This document shows positions 32,363 through 43,257 of a stretch of 64,000 nucleotides of DNA, piece by piece (within the stretch, counting starts at the first letter, position 1; every line of letters starts with the position of its first letter). Below the pieces are notes generated by a model. The model was not told the DNA's origin. It did no database searches and worked only from the letters and a program-made list of their open reading frames with translations. The stretch covers positions 29,665 to 93,664 of IMG/VR virus record IMGVR_UViG_3300037258_000279; one strand, given 5' to 3'. This stretch comes from a virus. The position numbers and the translations under genes are program-made.

Positions 32363-33454
32363 CTACGCGCTGGTGCCTCCTAACATAGTTTGCCACTGGC
32401 CGGTGGTCAGACAGAACACGAAAATCCTCTTGCCATTGGTCAGAGCGACTCCTACCGATCCCGCAATCCCGTCGATCGTATCTGTGCCATTGCCGAAAAT
32501 CTGCGCGGCTGCGGCGCCATCATTGATGACCACACGGAAATCCGTGGCCACAGCCGCCGGCAAGACGGCGCTGTTTGCCGCTGTCGCGCACACGGCGATC
32601 CTGTTCATCTGCGCGGCCAGTACCGGCGCGCCAGGTCGGCCGCCACCGACAAGCGCCGTGATGCCGTCGAGCGCCGACGGCATGATCTCGCCCGTCGCCG
32701 AGAGATTGGCAAATCCGGCCGTTCCGGTGAATGTCGGCGAGGCCGACAAGGCAACGTCGCCGGTGCCGGTGACGGCAATCTCGGATGGCGGCGCGGGTCC
32801 CCCGGTCAGGTTGCCGAGGATCTTTGCGGAACTGACATTCTGGATGAGCGGGTAGGTGATATTGGCAAGCGAGATGTCGGCCGTAACGATCGGGCCGAAA
32901 CTCGGCATTCCGCCGACATTGCCGTGGAGCACGGTCGTTGTGGCTCCAAGACTGCCCAGCGTAAATGGCGCCACCCCTGCGCCGCCGCCCAGCATGATCT
33001 GGTTTGCTTGCAACAGACCGGAAGAGCCGATTTGCTCCACCCCGGTAAAGGCCAGGACGCCGCCGGATGTCCCGCTCGTCAGGCCGGTGCCGCCCTGCAA
33101 TACCGGCAGTGCCGCAGCGAGGTGCACGGACTGCACGAACGGATTCGGATAATCGCCGCTCAAGTCGCCACCGGCCGCCCCTGAGGGCTGGCCAAACGCG
33201 TTGCCGGTGCCGCCCTGCGTCAGGGGCAGCGGGAGCGCCAAGTGCGTAGCGACGACGAATATCGGCCCTGGATAGATTCCCGACAGATCTCCCGATGCTT
33301 TCGCGCCAAGGTTCGATTCGATGACCTGCGCCTGTGCATTCGTGGCGTTGACGAGGTCCTGTAGCGTTTGCAGAAAGAGTGCCCATGGCGGACCGCCAGG
33401 ACCAGGCTGGACCGGTGGCGGACCGATCGGCGGGGCGCCAGAAGGTTCGGCCAT
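32363..33454 (-). CDS. tail fibre / needle-like protein
   Basis: GDLSGxYP and GGTG repeats; GTDTIDG fibre motif; follows the nozzle gene. Confidence 0.7.
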   Translation of the reverse strand: MAEPSGAPPIGPPPVQPGPGGPPWALFLQTLQDLVNATNAQAQVIESNLGAKASGDLSGIYPGPIFVVATHLALPLPLTQGGTGNAFGQPSGAAGGDLSGDYPNPFVQSVHLAAALPVLQGGTGLTSGTSGGVLAFTGVEQIGSSGLLQANQIMLGGGAGVAPFTLGSLGATTTVLHGNVGGMPSFGPIVTADISLANITYPLIQNVSSAKILGNLTGGPAPPSEIAVTGTGDVALSASPTFTGTAGFANLSATGEIMPSALDGITALVGGGRPGAPVLAAQMNRIAVCATAANSAVLPAAVATDFRVVINDGAAAAQIFGNGTDTIDGIAGSVGVALTNGKRIFVFCLTTGQWQTMLGGTSA

Positions 33455-33457
33455 AGC

Positions 33458-35326
33458 CTATAGTTTCCCGTCCGGCTGAACTCTGACGCGTGGCGTGCCG
33501 AAACGCGCCCATGATCCGAGTGCGCTGAAATCGAGTCTGAGCGCCATCTCGCGCGCCCTGATGCCCATGATCGGATAGGGCACAAGGCGCCCGATACCGA
33601 CGAGCTGCGTCGTCGGCGTGATATTGAAGGGACCCACCTCCGTTGGCGCCTCGCCGGGAAAATTCCGGAAGAGGAAATTCACGTTGAGATTTGGCGTCTC
33701 TCCCTCCCACAAAAAATCCGGAATGAATCGATTCGCCAGAACGATCTCGCCGCCGCTTGAGATATCCGTGTACCCCGACTGCACGAACGAACCCGCCATC
33801 GCTACGCCATCGGCGTCAAAGCCGGTGTCCTGCTGCTGGATTAAATTGTTGAGGTCCACACTCAATGGAGGGCCAGGCTGGTTGAAGTCGGTCCACGCCG
33901 TGCGCGCCAGGGGCCCGCTTCCCTTGTCCCAGGTATTTTCGGCAACGTTGTATTTGACGTAGGAATCGATCTCTCCTGTCCCTCCCGATTTCGAGGGAAA
34001 GAAGAACATGACTTCGGAATAATGATAGTCGGTCGCGGCGACGCATTTGTCTTGGTTGGCTTGGTCCAGATCCTTGAAGACGAAATCCCAAACCGTGCAC
34101 GGGATCTGTTCGGCACCGCTTGAGCCCATGCGGAAAAAGCCGTGGTCACTCATCCAATACGGCACCGAGCCCAGAACTGTCACGGCATTTTGCGCAATCG
34201 CGCCGCAGTTCGATCCGATCTCGACGAACGAAAACACCAGCGGGAAGCCGATGTATTGCATTGCCCAAACATCAATGTCCGTCCAGATGAAGGCCCCGAG
34301 CGGCGTCTGAATTCCGGCATTGATTCGGCTGCCGCGCGGTAGCCGAAAACTGCCTGCCTGGTTCGTGGTCGACGGCGTCCACACCTGATAATTCGATTGA
34401 TCGCTCCACCGGATTGTCATCGGGTCCTGGGTCGTCATCCCAAGCGGCGTGCTGCCGAATACGACCAGGATCTGTGCCGGCATCGCCACAAATCCGCCTT
34501 GGTTGATCGCTGGCGCTTGACTGCCTTGTGCCAGATTTTCCGCGGCGCCCGGCGTCCAGCCGATAGTGGTCGAAATGTCCGTGCCGGTGAGCGGCGGCGT
34601 CGCATAGGAAAGAGTCGCGGCCGAACCGATGAGTACAGTCTGCGCGATAAGTTGCCAGTTGCCGTCGGTCAAGACACTGCCGGCAACGGTCACGCCAGGA
34701 AGCGCCGCCTGGATGATCGCGGCGACGTCCGCTACGGTCCCCACCGCGGAAAAATTCAGTCCTGCGGCATTCACCACGGCGCCGTTGACCGTCATGGTGA
34801 ACCCACCGTTGTTGATGGCCTGCCATACCGCCAGGTCTGAAGTGATTTCGCCGCCGGTGAGAATTGCCGGATTCGCTGTGACCAATGTGGCTGGCGCGGG
34901 TACGTTGGACGGAACCCATGCGTAGATTGGGCCGCCCGACGGTATCGCGATAAGGTTCTCGCCGAAATTATCGAGCGACCAGATGCGCAGACTGAACGGC
35001 TTTGGGCCGCTCGACACCAATCCAGGAACATAGCCAACCGGCGTTATATCGACGAGCTGCGGGACTTGGTTGATGTTCTGCACGATCTCCAGGTTTGAGG
35101 TCGTGCCTGCGGCAAGCCACGGATTCCCGGTAAGATCGCTCCAATAATGCAAGCACCGGCAGAGGCCCGTCAGGGTGGCCGGCAGGACATGCTCCCAGCC
35201 CATCTGCTTTTCCGGCATACCCTCGCGCCACCGGATAAGATTGCAGTCGGACCAGCCGCCCCGATTCGCTGTCTGGGAAAGTTCTAGGTCGATGCCTGGC
35301 TTATAGACGAGACGCGTCTCCGGCAT
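33458..35326 (-). CDS. tail nozzle / tubular protein (P22 gp10-like)
   Basis: WSLDNFGENLIA, IRWSDQ...NQAGSFRL, YWMS..GFF, C-terminal GTPRVRVQPDGK. Confidence 0.8.
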   Translation of the reverse strand: MPETRLVYKPGIDLELSQTANRGGWSDCNLIRWREGMPEKQMGWEHVLPATLTGLCRCLHYWSDLTGNPWLAAGTTSNLEIVQNINQVPQLVDITPVGYVPGLVSSGPKPFSLRIWSLDNFGENLIAIPSGGPIYAWVPSNVPAPATLVTANPAILTGGEITSDLAVWQAINNGGFTMTVNGAVVNAAGLNFSAVGTVADVAAIIQAALPGVTVAGSVLTDGNWQLIAQTVLIGSAATLSYATPPLTGTDISTTIGWTPGAAENLAQGSQAPAINQGGFVAMPAQILVVFGSTPLGMTTQDPMTIRWSDQSNYQVWTPSTTNQAGSFRLPRGSRINAGIQTPLGAFIWTDIDVWAMQYIGFPLVFSFVEIGSNCGAIAQNAVTVLGSVPYWMSDHGFFRMGSSGAEQIPCTVWDFVFKDLDQANQDKCVAATDYHYSEVMFFFPSKSGGTGEIDSYVKYNVAENTWDKGSGPLARTAWTDFNQPGPPLSVDLNNLIQQQDTGFDADGVAMAGSFVQSGYTDISSGGEIVLANRFIPDFLWEGETPNLNVNFLFRNFPGEAPTEVGPFNITPTTQLVGIGRLVPYPIMGIRAREMALRLDFSALGSWARFGTPRVRVQPDGKL

Positions 35327-36142
35327 TTAACGCGCCTGTGCCTGGGCCATTTGCGCCAGCATCGCCGGGTTAGGCATCGTCGGATTGGGCGGATAAGGCG
35401 ACGCGCCATCCACCTTAGCCTTTTTGCGAATTTCCTCGATCGACGCGTCTTTCTTGAGCGTCTGATAGAGCGTTCGCCAGCTCATGGCTTGCCGTGGATC
35501 GTCCGCCTGTGCGCCAAAATTATGCAGGAGCGCGCCGGTCGCATATTCCATCGCCTTCGCCAGGTACAGATCCGGCAGATACAGGGTCAGAAAGTTCGTC
35601 GAGTTGGCGGCCGACAATTCGGCGGGGCGATTGGTTCCGGTGAATTCGGTGATGTAGGCGTTGTCAGGCGTGGGCGCCACCAGGATCGAACTTGGGAGTG
35701 CCGTCGATTCGTCGATCTCGGCCCCCTGTGCCGCTCCCTGCTCTTCGTTGAACAACGCGAAATAGCCGCCCACCAGCGGATCCGGCGTCTGGACCTGGCT
35801 TTCCGTCGGCCAGATCAAATCGATGAACTGACGCGTGGTGCGCAGCAAGGGGATGCGCATGGCGCCAGCAACCCACGGCGCGGTATTTGCCGGCATGATA
35901 AGACTCACACCCTCGATCACGATGAAGGCCGACGGAATCGGAACCGCGCGGCTGCCATTGGTGGTGATCTGGCTCACGTCCGAGATGCGCGTCACCAGAA
36001 AATCGAAATCCGGATCGCGATACATCGCATTCTCGACATAGGTAATAATCGCCGGTGTAAGCGACACCAGCATCGCTTGGCTCGTCGCATCCAACAGCAC
36101 CAGCAATTGATTCAGGTACTGGATGAATTGCGTGTAGGTCAC
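35327..36142 (-). CDS. head-tail adaptor-like virion protein
   Basis: GTG at 36142 (MTYTQF); VAPTPDNAY...TNFLTLYLPDLYL. Confidence 0.7.
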   Translation of the reverse strand: MTYTQFIQYLNQLLVLLDATSQAMLVSLTPAIITYVENAMYRDPDFDFLVTRISDVSQITTNGSRAVPIPSAFIVIEGVSLIMPANTAPWVAGAMRIPLLRTTRQFIDLIWPTESQVQTPDPLVGGYFALFNEEQGAAQGAEIDESTALPSSILVAPTPDNAYITEFTGTNRPAELSAANSTNFLTLYLPDLYLAKAMEYATGALLHNFGAQADDPRQAMSWRTLYQTLKKDASIEEIRKKAKVDGASPYPPNPTMPNPAMLAQMAQAQAR

Positions 36143-36158
36143 GCGATTCGACCTCTCG

Positions 36159-39100
36159 TCACCAAGCGTCGTAGTTACAGGTGAACCCGAATTGGATCGT
36201 CCCCGACAGCGCGCCGACCGCAAGACCGGCGATGGCTTCGTTGATGCCCGCTTGGAGGACCGAGATTGAGGTCGCTCCCGCTCCAAGATTGAGCAACGGA
36301 AACGTATAGCCGGATGTCAGTGCGGTGATTCCCTCAAACGAGGTGATGGAGCACTGCCCTACGTCAATGCTCTCATTCGCCGTCGGATAAGGTAATGGCG
36401 TGATAATAATGTTGCCGGAAGCACCGGAGAGTGTCCCCGTGATAGTGCCCCTAAGCGTCACGCGCCGGCCATCGATTTCGTATGACGCCTCGTTGCCTGC
36501 TGCTGTGAAAGTGCCCGCCGTCACTGAACCGGCGAGGACCATGTTAAACGTGCGACCTTCTTGTGGACCAACGTTGTTCGTGCGCGCCGTATCGCTGTCG
36601 ATGACAAGCGTTGTGACGGTGCCGTGCTGATAGGTGAATGTACCGTTGTTATAGGTGGTGCTGGCGCCTAGATTGACACCCGTGTTGACCGATGCAAGGG
36701 TGCCCCCAACCTGATTGTAGCTAGCCGAGCCGCTCAGCGAGATGCCGATTGAACCCGTGTCGACCGGGTCGGTGCCCGTAATCCGCGCATGGAAAAGCGA
36801 AGCCGAACCGTTGCTATCGCTGATTCCCGTAAAGTGCGTCACGCCATCATAACCCGCCTGCGTGAACGCGCCCTGGATATTCATGGCATTGCATTTGTCG
36901 GCATCGAGGCCGCCATGCCATGAGAAGAAATTGCTTCCCGCGTTTACAGTCAAACCGGAACATTTGGCACCGCCAACCGGCGTGATTCCAGAATTTATTT
37001 CGATGCCGATGTTCGAGAGAACATCAGTCATGTCGTTGATGATTGTGCCTTCGCTATAGGCCGAAAAATAGATCGGTTCGTCGGCATAGATCGAGATGGC
37101 ACGTGAAACCGTCGCACCATAATTATTGTTGCCGCCAAATTCGATGGCGTGGGTTCCAGTGACCGGCGTAATCGGGGGGCCGCCAGTGAACGGGCCATTG
37201 TACCAAATATCCTCTAGGTCCGCGTACCAAGTCCCGCCGACTAGAAGCCCCTCCGTGAATGAATTCGGATACGGCGTAGTTACCAAACCAGAACTTAGAC
37301 AGTAAATCTTGTTCGCCATCAGCGTAGGGTGAGCGAAACTTCCGATGCTCGGAAATGTCACTTCTATGCACCCACTAGCCGCACTTGCGTTGTTGGCCGT
37401 GAACCAAGCTGGCCCCCTTAGATTCACCGGATTCGTGACTGCTGATTGCGGGAAGTCATACCCCCACCCGGTTGTCTTAACCGTCACCGATGAATTATTG
37501 AAATCGATGTTGATGGGGCCACCGCCGCCAGTGACAGTGCTGCTGATGACGTACTTCCCGCCGGCGGGATAAACGATCTGTAGACCAAGTGCTTCGCTGC
37601 CGTCGCGGATCGCGGTCTGCAAGCACGACGAAATATCCGTGGAATTGTTGAACGCGCAACCCCACTCGCGCACATCGGCGCGGTTTTGGTAGAAGTGCGC
37701 GATCCACGAATTTCCGTCGCCGGCCGTGGTGTTGGCGCATGAGCCGCCGTCGCTGATATACCCATTCGCCGCGCAGGTGCCGGTTTGCGGCGTATAGAAC
37801 AGCGGCGGCGCGCCGAAGCCAGCCGAAAAATCATCGCGCCAGACCCCGTTGGGGAATATTGCGGTCGCTATTGCGACTAGGGCCGCTTCGGTCGCGACAT
37901 GCGGCGCGAGATAGCTGACGAGGCCCGGCGCGCTCGTGATATTGTCCGCGAGGATGGTACCCGTCAGCGCGTTCGACGCATTCACTGCGCCAGCCAAATG
38001 CCAACCCAGATTGCCAGCCGACCCGCCGATGGCAGTGTCGTAGCTCAACACATAGCGATTGTATTGTTGAATCTCGCCGCCAACGAGCGCGACCGGTCCT
38101 GCCGTACTGTCCTGATAGACGGGTTCGGGAGTCGAACTGTTGAAACTGAAAGTAGCGGCGGCGGTATTGGTGAAACCGGCAATGACTTGCACCGACGTTC
38201 CCTGCAACGGTGCTGGTGCACCAGAGACGGCGGCAATCTGCGCGTTGGCCGATCCCGTTGTGACGGGCAAACTCTGTATTGATACGCCGCCACTGGCGCG
38301 CTGATATGCCGTAACGATCCAATTTCCAGAGCCAAGCGCCTGCGCCATGGCCGTGTCGCCAGCGCCGGTGACAATACTCGCGACGCCTGGCACGATCATC
38401 GACGTGGCGTTGTAGGTCAGCGTTAGCGCGCTTTGGAATGTCAGATATTTGACCGTGCCAGCCGCGGCCGAGGATCCGAACGAAGCGATCGTCGCTGTGC
38501 CCGTGATCGTGATGAGATTTTGCGGCACCGAGCCAAGGTCGACCGTCGTGGCGCTGGCAAGCGTCGCCACACCGATGATCGTGCCGGAACCTGATGCGCG
38601 CTGGTAAACCAACACGATCCAGTTGCCGCTCCCGAGATATTGGACGATGGCGGTGTCATTCGCGGCCACCGAGATGTTGGCCGCACCCGGAAGGATCATC
38701 GACGTGGCGTTGTAGACCAGCGATGACGCACCCGAAAACGTCAGGAACTTGATCGTGCCGACGGCTGCGGATGTGCCGAAGGACGAGATCGCATTCGTGC
38801 CGGAGATAGCGACGCCTGCTTGAGGCACCGAGCCAAGGTCGACCGTACCAGCACTGGCAAGCGTCGTGACCGCGCCGCCGCCGACTGGCGGCGTCCATAT
38901 GCCATTGGCCGTATCGAGCGCGCCGATCGTCGCCCAGGTCGACCCAAGATATTCTTGAAGCAGCGGCGGCGATTTGCTGGTGTTGATCCAGAGTTGATAT
39001 TGGAATGGGCTCGACGGCGCTGTCGAACTCACGATCGGCTGCCCGATGCGCAAGCTCGGCGAATTCGACGTCGTGCACGGCGCTGTGTTGGTCGGGCATC

Positions 39101-39248
39101 CTGTGCCCTGGTCGAGCGGCACGAAGTCCGGGACATTGCCCAGCGGCTGCGATGCCGGCGGCAAGCCGCTGAAGGTGCCCTGCGCCAGGACCGGCGCCGC
39201 AAGTCCTGCGACGATCAGCAACGCAGCCACAAATTTAACGAATCGCAT
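36159..39248 (-). CDS. tail fibre / tailspike (beta-helix-like) with Sec-type signal peptide
   Basis: MRFVKFVAALLIVAGLAAPVLA|Q; two tandem ~95-aa repeats (TLASA.TVDLGSVPQ...LGSGNWIV..YQRASG); DVREWG...D....Q.AI spike entry motif. Confidence 0.8.
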   Translation of the reverse strand: MRFVKFVAALLIVAGLAAPVLAQGTFSGLPPASQPLGNVPDFVPLDQGTGCPTNTAPCTTSNSPSLRIGQPIVSSTAPSSPFQYQLWINTSKSPPLLQEYLGSTWATIGALDTANGIWTPPVGGGAVTTLASAGTVDLGSVPQAGVAISGTNAISSFGTSAAVGTIKFLTFSGASSLVYNATSMILPGAANISVAANDTAIVQYLGSGNWIVLVYQRASGSGTIIGVATLASATTVDLGSVPQNLITITGTATIASFGSSAAAGTVKYLTFQSALTLTYNATSMIVPGVASIVTGAGDTAMAQALGSGNWIVTAYQRASGGVSIQSLPVTTGSANAQIAAVSGAPAPLQGTSVQVIAGFTNTAAATFSFNSSTPEPVYQDSTAGPVALVGGEIQQYNRYVLSYDTAIGGSAGNLGWHLAGAVNASNALTGTILADNITSAPGLVSYLAPHVATEAALVAIATAIFPNGVWRDDFSAGFGAPPLFYTPQTGTCAANGYISDGGSCANTTAGDGNSWIAHFYQNRADVREWGCAFNNSTDISSCLQTAIRDGSEALGLQIVYPAGGKYVISSTVTGGGGPINIDFNNSSVTVKTTGWGYDFPQSAVTNPVNLRGPAWFTANNASAASGCIEVTFPSIGSFAHPTLMANKIYCLSSGLVTTPYPNSFTEGLLVGGTWYADLEDIWYNGPFTGGPPITPVTGTHAIEFGGNNNYGATVSRAISIYADEPIYFSAYSEGTIINDMTDVLSNIGIEINSGITPVGGAKCSGLTVNAGSNFFSWHGGLDADKCNAMNIQGAFTQAGYDGVTHFTGISDSNGSASLFHARITGTDPVDTGSIGISLSGSASYNQVGGTLASVNTGVNLGASTTYNNGTFTYQHGTVTTLVIDSDTARTNNVGPQEGRTFNMVLAGSVTAGTFTAAGNEASYEIDGRRVTLRGTITGTLSGASGNIIITPLPYPTANESIDVGQCSITSFEGITALTSGYTFPLLNLGAGATSISVLQAGINEAIAGLAVGALSGTIQFGFTCNYDAW

Positions 39249-39316
39249 CGCATTCCCCCGCCAAGTCTCGACGAGGCAATACTACATTAATTCAGGTGTG
39301 ATTTACCAGAACGGCG

Positions 39317-39637
39317 CTAAGTCTCGAGCGCTTCGGCCAGCGGGAAGTTCGGCAGCACCGGGAGTTGCTTGCCCGAGGGCGACGCCGCTTCCTGCTGGTA
39401 GGACCAGGGACGTGGATCGCGGACAACACCCTCGGGGCCCGTTATGATGATAGGAGCCAGGAACCAGGCTGGGGAATCGTAATCTTCCGGGCGCACGCGC
39501 AAGTGGAGATTCTGCAAAGATGCGCCTCTAACGTCCCACTGCCATGAGAGGTCGGAGAGGTCGCGTAAAAAGCCAGACCTGTCGCAGATGCCGGTAGGTC
39601 GGAAGTCAAGCGGATTGGCTTGCTTATGCGGCCACAT
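39317..39637 (-). CDS. small virion-module protein (ICDRSGF)
   Basis: GICDRSGF...WQW...DPRP motif; position after the adaptor gene. Confidence 0.6.
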   Translation of the reverse strand: MWPHKQANPLDFRPTGICDRSGFLRDLSDLSWQWDVRGASLQNLHLRVRPEDYDSPAWFLAPIIITGPEGVVRDPRPWSYQQEAASPSGKQLPVLPNFPLAEALET

Positions 39638-40478
39638 ATCCGTATGTCCTTCCTGTCCTAATCATCCGAACGGTTCTCGGAGTCACTTTGTACCGCTTTG
39701 CCAGCGACCTGTCACTTGCACCTTTGCTGATCGCCAGTTTTATCACGGCAACCGACTCGAGTTTTAGCGCGAAGGGACCGCCCCTCGCACGGCCACGCGC
39801 TGATCTATCTTCCATGTTCTGTTTTTGGGTGCCGTAATACAGATTGGTCGCTATTGCATTGGTCCTATTGTCATCCTTGTGAAGGACGCTCAAGCCAGTC
39901 GGGCGCGGACCTATAAACGCTTCTGCCACGGCCTGATGTACGGCAACGCTCTTCGAGCCTGCCTCCCCTACTGGGTTAATCCACAGATACCCATCACTAT
40001 TTTTGCTTCTTTTTAAGATCATGGCCCTTTTATATTTCAGGTTGCCGTTATGTAGATAACGACGCGCAAGCCTTCGCGCTCTGCCAAATGAGGAAATTTC
40101 ATAGTGCCCGTCATGCCTTGGGAGGGGCCGCCATTCTTCGCCCGGCAAACACCAGGCATCGGGCTTTGGGAATATCTTTTGCCTTTGCGTTTTGTTAAAT
40201 CTTTCGCGCTTCCTCCTAACATTAAATTCCGGCTTGAGCAGCGCAATCAGCCGCACCTCTTCATCTAGGATTTCATCAAAAGACACGCGCTCAACCAGCA
40301 CCCTGTACCGAAACATTCTCGGACCGTGTTTTCTGATTGCTAAGTGAAATGGATTTCGGCGCGCGCCAGTTGCAGCAGCTCTTCGCTGATTACGTATCCG
40401 AACTGAGATTGGCCAGGTGGTGCGACCGATATAGCGCTTACCATCAACGAGATCAGTGGCCTGATAGATAACAAACAT
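39624..40478 (-). CDS. homing endonuclease (GIY-YIG plus NUMOD4 plus HNH)
   Basis: VIY...YIGRT; EEWRP...YEISSFGR; VHQAVAEAFIG...VLHKDDNRTN...NL; lower GC. Confidence 0.85.
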   Translation of the reverse strand: MFVIYQATDLVDGKRYIGRTTWPISVRIRNQRRAAATGARRNPFHLAIRKHGPRMFRYRVLVERVSFDEILDEEVRLIALLKPEFNVRRKRERFNKTQRQKIFPKPDAWCLPGEEWRPLPRHDGHYEISSFGRARRLARRYLHNGNLKYKRAMILKRSKNSDGYLWINPVGEAGSKSVAVHQAVAEAFIGPRPTGLSVLHKDDNRTNAIATNLYYGTQKQNMEDRSARGRARGGPFALKLESVAVIKLAISKGASDRSLAKRYKVTPRTVRMIRTGRTYGYVAA

Positions 40479-40503
40479 CGCAACATTTTACGCGATATTG
40501 TTT

Positions 40504-41850
40504 TTAGTTGAAATACCCGCTCATATCACCTGCCCAATAACTTGAAACTTTCTCGCGATCTTCCGACGCCGCCTCTTCCCACGCCGCTTCCGCCAACGCC
40601 AGTTTCGTCGCATGCTGGGCTGGCTTATATTTTTCCGCCAAGTCGGCCGCCAGGTATGAAACGAACACATTGTAGAACCGTTCCGGCATGTCGAGGATCT
40701 GCCCCCCAATCGGATTGGCATTCTGAATCCGCTTGAGCCGGAAAGCGATGAAAGCGAACCAGGGACCGGTCATCGAGCCGGGTGATGTCGGCGGCAGCAC
40801 GATCGTGCCGTTGGTGGTTGTCGGCATCGGACATACCGGCCAGGTGATGAGCCGCGGCGGCAGCACGCGATTGAACCAATATTGAGTCGGTCGGCCGGGC
40901 TCGAGTTTATTCGGCAGCATCGCGAAGTCGTTGCGGGATAGGGGCCATAGAAAAACGTCCGTGTATTGAGTGCCTGGCATTTGCGCCACGACGTTGGCTT
41001 GGCCGCCGTTTTCGAAAGCGCATTTTGTGACGCCTGCTATCCCGCTCGCCTGAATGGTGAATTCGTAGGAATTCTGTACCGATTGAATCGTGTAGATACC
41101 GGAGAGCGTAAGACCGCCGACATTGACCGGAATGCCGACCGGAAAAGGCGCCCCGACAGCCAGACCGTGCCCGGTCAGCACCACGGTGACGAGATCCGAC
41201 CCTGCTGTCGTTGTGAACAGTGGCGTGCCGCCACCGTTGGTCTGTGTCTCGAGCGCCGGCGTCGGCAACATAAATTGAAGATGAGAGGAATCGATCACGT
41301 TCGAAACGATGCTGAAACCGTTCGTCACCGACACGCCGCCAAGCCCTATCGGACAGCCCCAGAAGAGTGGATTGCCGGCGACCTGTCCGTGCGCGGGCCA
41401 ATACATCGTCGCCACCGAAGATCCCGCCACGGTGGAGAACACGTTGCCGGGTTGGATCACCAGGGGATCGCCATAGGGTTGAGCCACCAACGGCTTGCCG
41501 TTTTGCCCCACCAGCGCCGTCAGGACATTACCGACATTGGCGCCGGTCCCTCCCGCCGGCGTGTAGGTGCGCAGGTACGAATCAAGCAGGTCGACCGTGT
41601 CGGCTGGAAGGAGGTATTCCTGCACCCCCGGAATGAGCGGGATCATAATGTCCGGGTCGCCGACCTTCCACAGGTTGACGCCGCGGTTGGCAAAGGTCGA
41701 TGAAAGCCGATAATTCATCGAGCGGCGCGCGCTGATGACATGGCGCGTCTCAATCGATGGCCCCTCGATCTGGATGCGCTCGAAGGCATCCAGCATATGC
41801 TCGGAAAGAGCCGGGGTCCAATTCGCCACACCAGATGGGCCTTGCGCCAT
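40504..41850 (-). CDS. tail adaptor / tubular protein A with inserted beta domains
   Basis: AFERI...SARRSMN...NRGVNLW; GRPTQYW; DMPERF...EDRE. Confidence 0.75.
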   Translation of the reverse strand: MAQGPSGVANWTPALSEHMLDAFERIQIEGPSIETRHVISARRSMNYRLSSTFANRGVNLWKVGDPDIMIPLIPGVQEYLLPADTVDLLDSYLRTYTPAGGTGANVGNVLTALVGQNGKPLVAQPYGDPLVIQPGNVFSTVAGSSVATMYWPAHGQVAGNPLFWGCPIGLGGVSVTNGFSIVSNVIDSSHLQFMLPTPALETQTNGGGTPLFTTTAGSDLVTVVLTGHGLAVGAPFPVGIPVNVGGLTLSGIYTIQSVQNSYEFTIQASGIAGVTKCAFENGGQANVVAQMPGTQYTDVFLWPLSRNDFAMLPNKLEPGRPTQYWFNRVLPPRLITWPVCPMPTTTNGTIVLPPTSPGSMTGPWFAFIAFRLKRIQNANPIGGQILDMPERFYNVFVSYLAADLAEKYKPAQHATKLALAEAAWEEAASEDREKVSSYWAGDMSGYFN

Positions 41851-41895
41851 TCCTGCGCTCCTGTCAGGCCGGCGATTCGGAAGAGAACCGGCGAT

Positions 41896-42117
41896 TTAAC
41901 CTTTCGGCCCGGTGTGCTTCCACTTCTTCATCGTCTCGGCGCGCTTGGCGTCCCGCGCCTTTTCCGGATCGCTCGAGCGCGTCGCGGCGCGCAGTTTGTC
42001 GGCCGGGATCTTTTCCCCTTCCGGAATTCCCATCTCGCGGTGAAGTTTTCCTTTTTCACCGCCCGGATGGAAATTTGGCGTCCGACCGCCCCGCTTGAAG
42101 CCGCCGGCGAGGCCCAT
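41896..42117 (-). CDS. small basic virion-module protein
   Basis: GKLHREMGIPEGEKIPADKL...AKRAETMKK; GGAG RBS. Confidence 0.7.
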   Translation of the reverse strand: MGLAGGFKRGGRTPNFHPGGEKGKLHREMGIPEGEKIPADKLRAATRSSDPEKARDAKRAETMKKWKHTGPKG

Positions 42118-42173
42118 GTCTCCATGAGCTGCGCCGCGGCTGACCTCCGTTACTGACCGTGCGTCACCACCAC

Positions 42174-42575
42174 CTAGTCCGGTTCCGCGGGCACTTTCTG
42201 GCCCTCGTGACCGTCATTGCCGCCGCCCATGGTGATCGTGCGACCGCTCGAATAGGGCGAGTGACTTCCGGCACGGCCGCCAGCCTTGCGCATCTCGTGC
42301 CCCCGGCCGCGCTTCGCCATATCGTGGCGTTTCATGCCACGCTCGCCGCGAGCCTCGCCGCCGGCCTTGCGCTCCTTGTGACGGGCGCCGCCCTTCTTGA
42401 AGCCCGGCTCTTCGTCGTCGGCCTCGCGGACCTCCGGCGAGCCCTGAGCATTGTACTCGTTGATTTTCTTCTCGTCCTTCGCGGCACCACCCCGGGCACG
42501 GCGCTCATGGCGACCATGGCGCATTGCGCCACCCTTTTTGGCGGTGGTTCCCTCGGTGTGCATTTCCATTGCCAT
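42174..42575 (-). CDS. basic low-complexity protein with repeated KxGG/RxGG motifs
   Basis: GAGGG RBS; AKKGG, RARGG, FKKGG, RKAGG. Confidence 0.65.
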   Translation of the reverse strand: MAMEMHTEGTTAKKGGAMRHGRHERRARGGAAKDEKKINEYNAQGSPEVREADDEEPGFKKGGARHKERKAGGEARGERGMKRHDMAKRGRGHEMRKAGGRAGSHSPYSSGRTITMGGGNDGHEGQKVPAEPD

Positions 42576-42702
42576 AGCCGACGATCCCCTCATGCGGAAA
42601 GCGATTGTGGTCGTGATTATAGGCGTATTTTACAGCGCCGTCTCGTAAAAATTGGCGCCCTATTTCAGTGTCGGCGCCGGTGGTCGTCGAGAACGTCGAG
42701 CA

Positions 42703-43212
42703 TCAGTCTTTCAGGATCGGTTCCAAAGCCGCAAGAAAGCCCGCCGGGATCGGGTTCTTCTTGAGATCGGCGGTCAGTTCTTTGCGGCTCAACAGAACGA
42801 TGCGGTAATACGCCTTGGTCTGATCGTCTATCGCGACCTCAGCATTGACTCTTGCGGCGGCGCCATCTGTCATCTTCTCCGCGCCTTTATAAGCAGCGGC
42901 GATTTTACTGTTCACGGCAACTTGACGCTCACGCTGCGCCTCGGTCAGAACGAATTGGTCACGCGCCATGTCGCGCATCAGGCCGAGGCCGAAATCATAT
43001 CGCTCGGTGATCTGCTTCTTGGTACTGCCGTCCGCCACCGCATCCTGGTAAGTGCCGGTGCCAAGAACATTGAGCGCCCCGAGGGCGGTCATGGCGTCGT
43101 TGAGCGTCATCTTCACGCCCTCGGCATCGGGCTTCGGCGGGGCTTGCCCGAACGCCAGCGCGGGAAAAAGAACGAGCGCCGAAATATAGAGTCCAAATAT
43201 TGAATACTTCAC
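42703..43212 (-). CDS. fibre-chaperone-like helical protein with signal peptide
   Basis: GTG at 43212 after GAGGAG; MKYSIFGLYISALVLFPALAFG|Q. Confidence 0.65.
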   Translation of the reverse strand: MKYSIFGLYISALVLFPALAFGQAPPKPDAEGVKMTLNDAMTALGALNVLGTGTYQDAVADGSTKKQITERYDFGLGLMRDMARDQFVLTEAQRERQVAVNSKIAAAYKGAEKMTDGAAARVNAEVAIDDQTKAYYRIVLLSRKELTADLKKNPIPAGFLAALEPILKD

Positions 43213-43257
43213 TTGCCGTTCTCCTCGATTTCGTGCTGCGGATGCCACCGGGGTTGA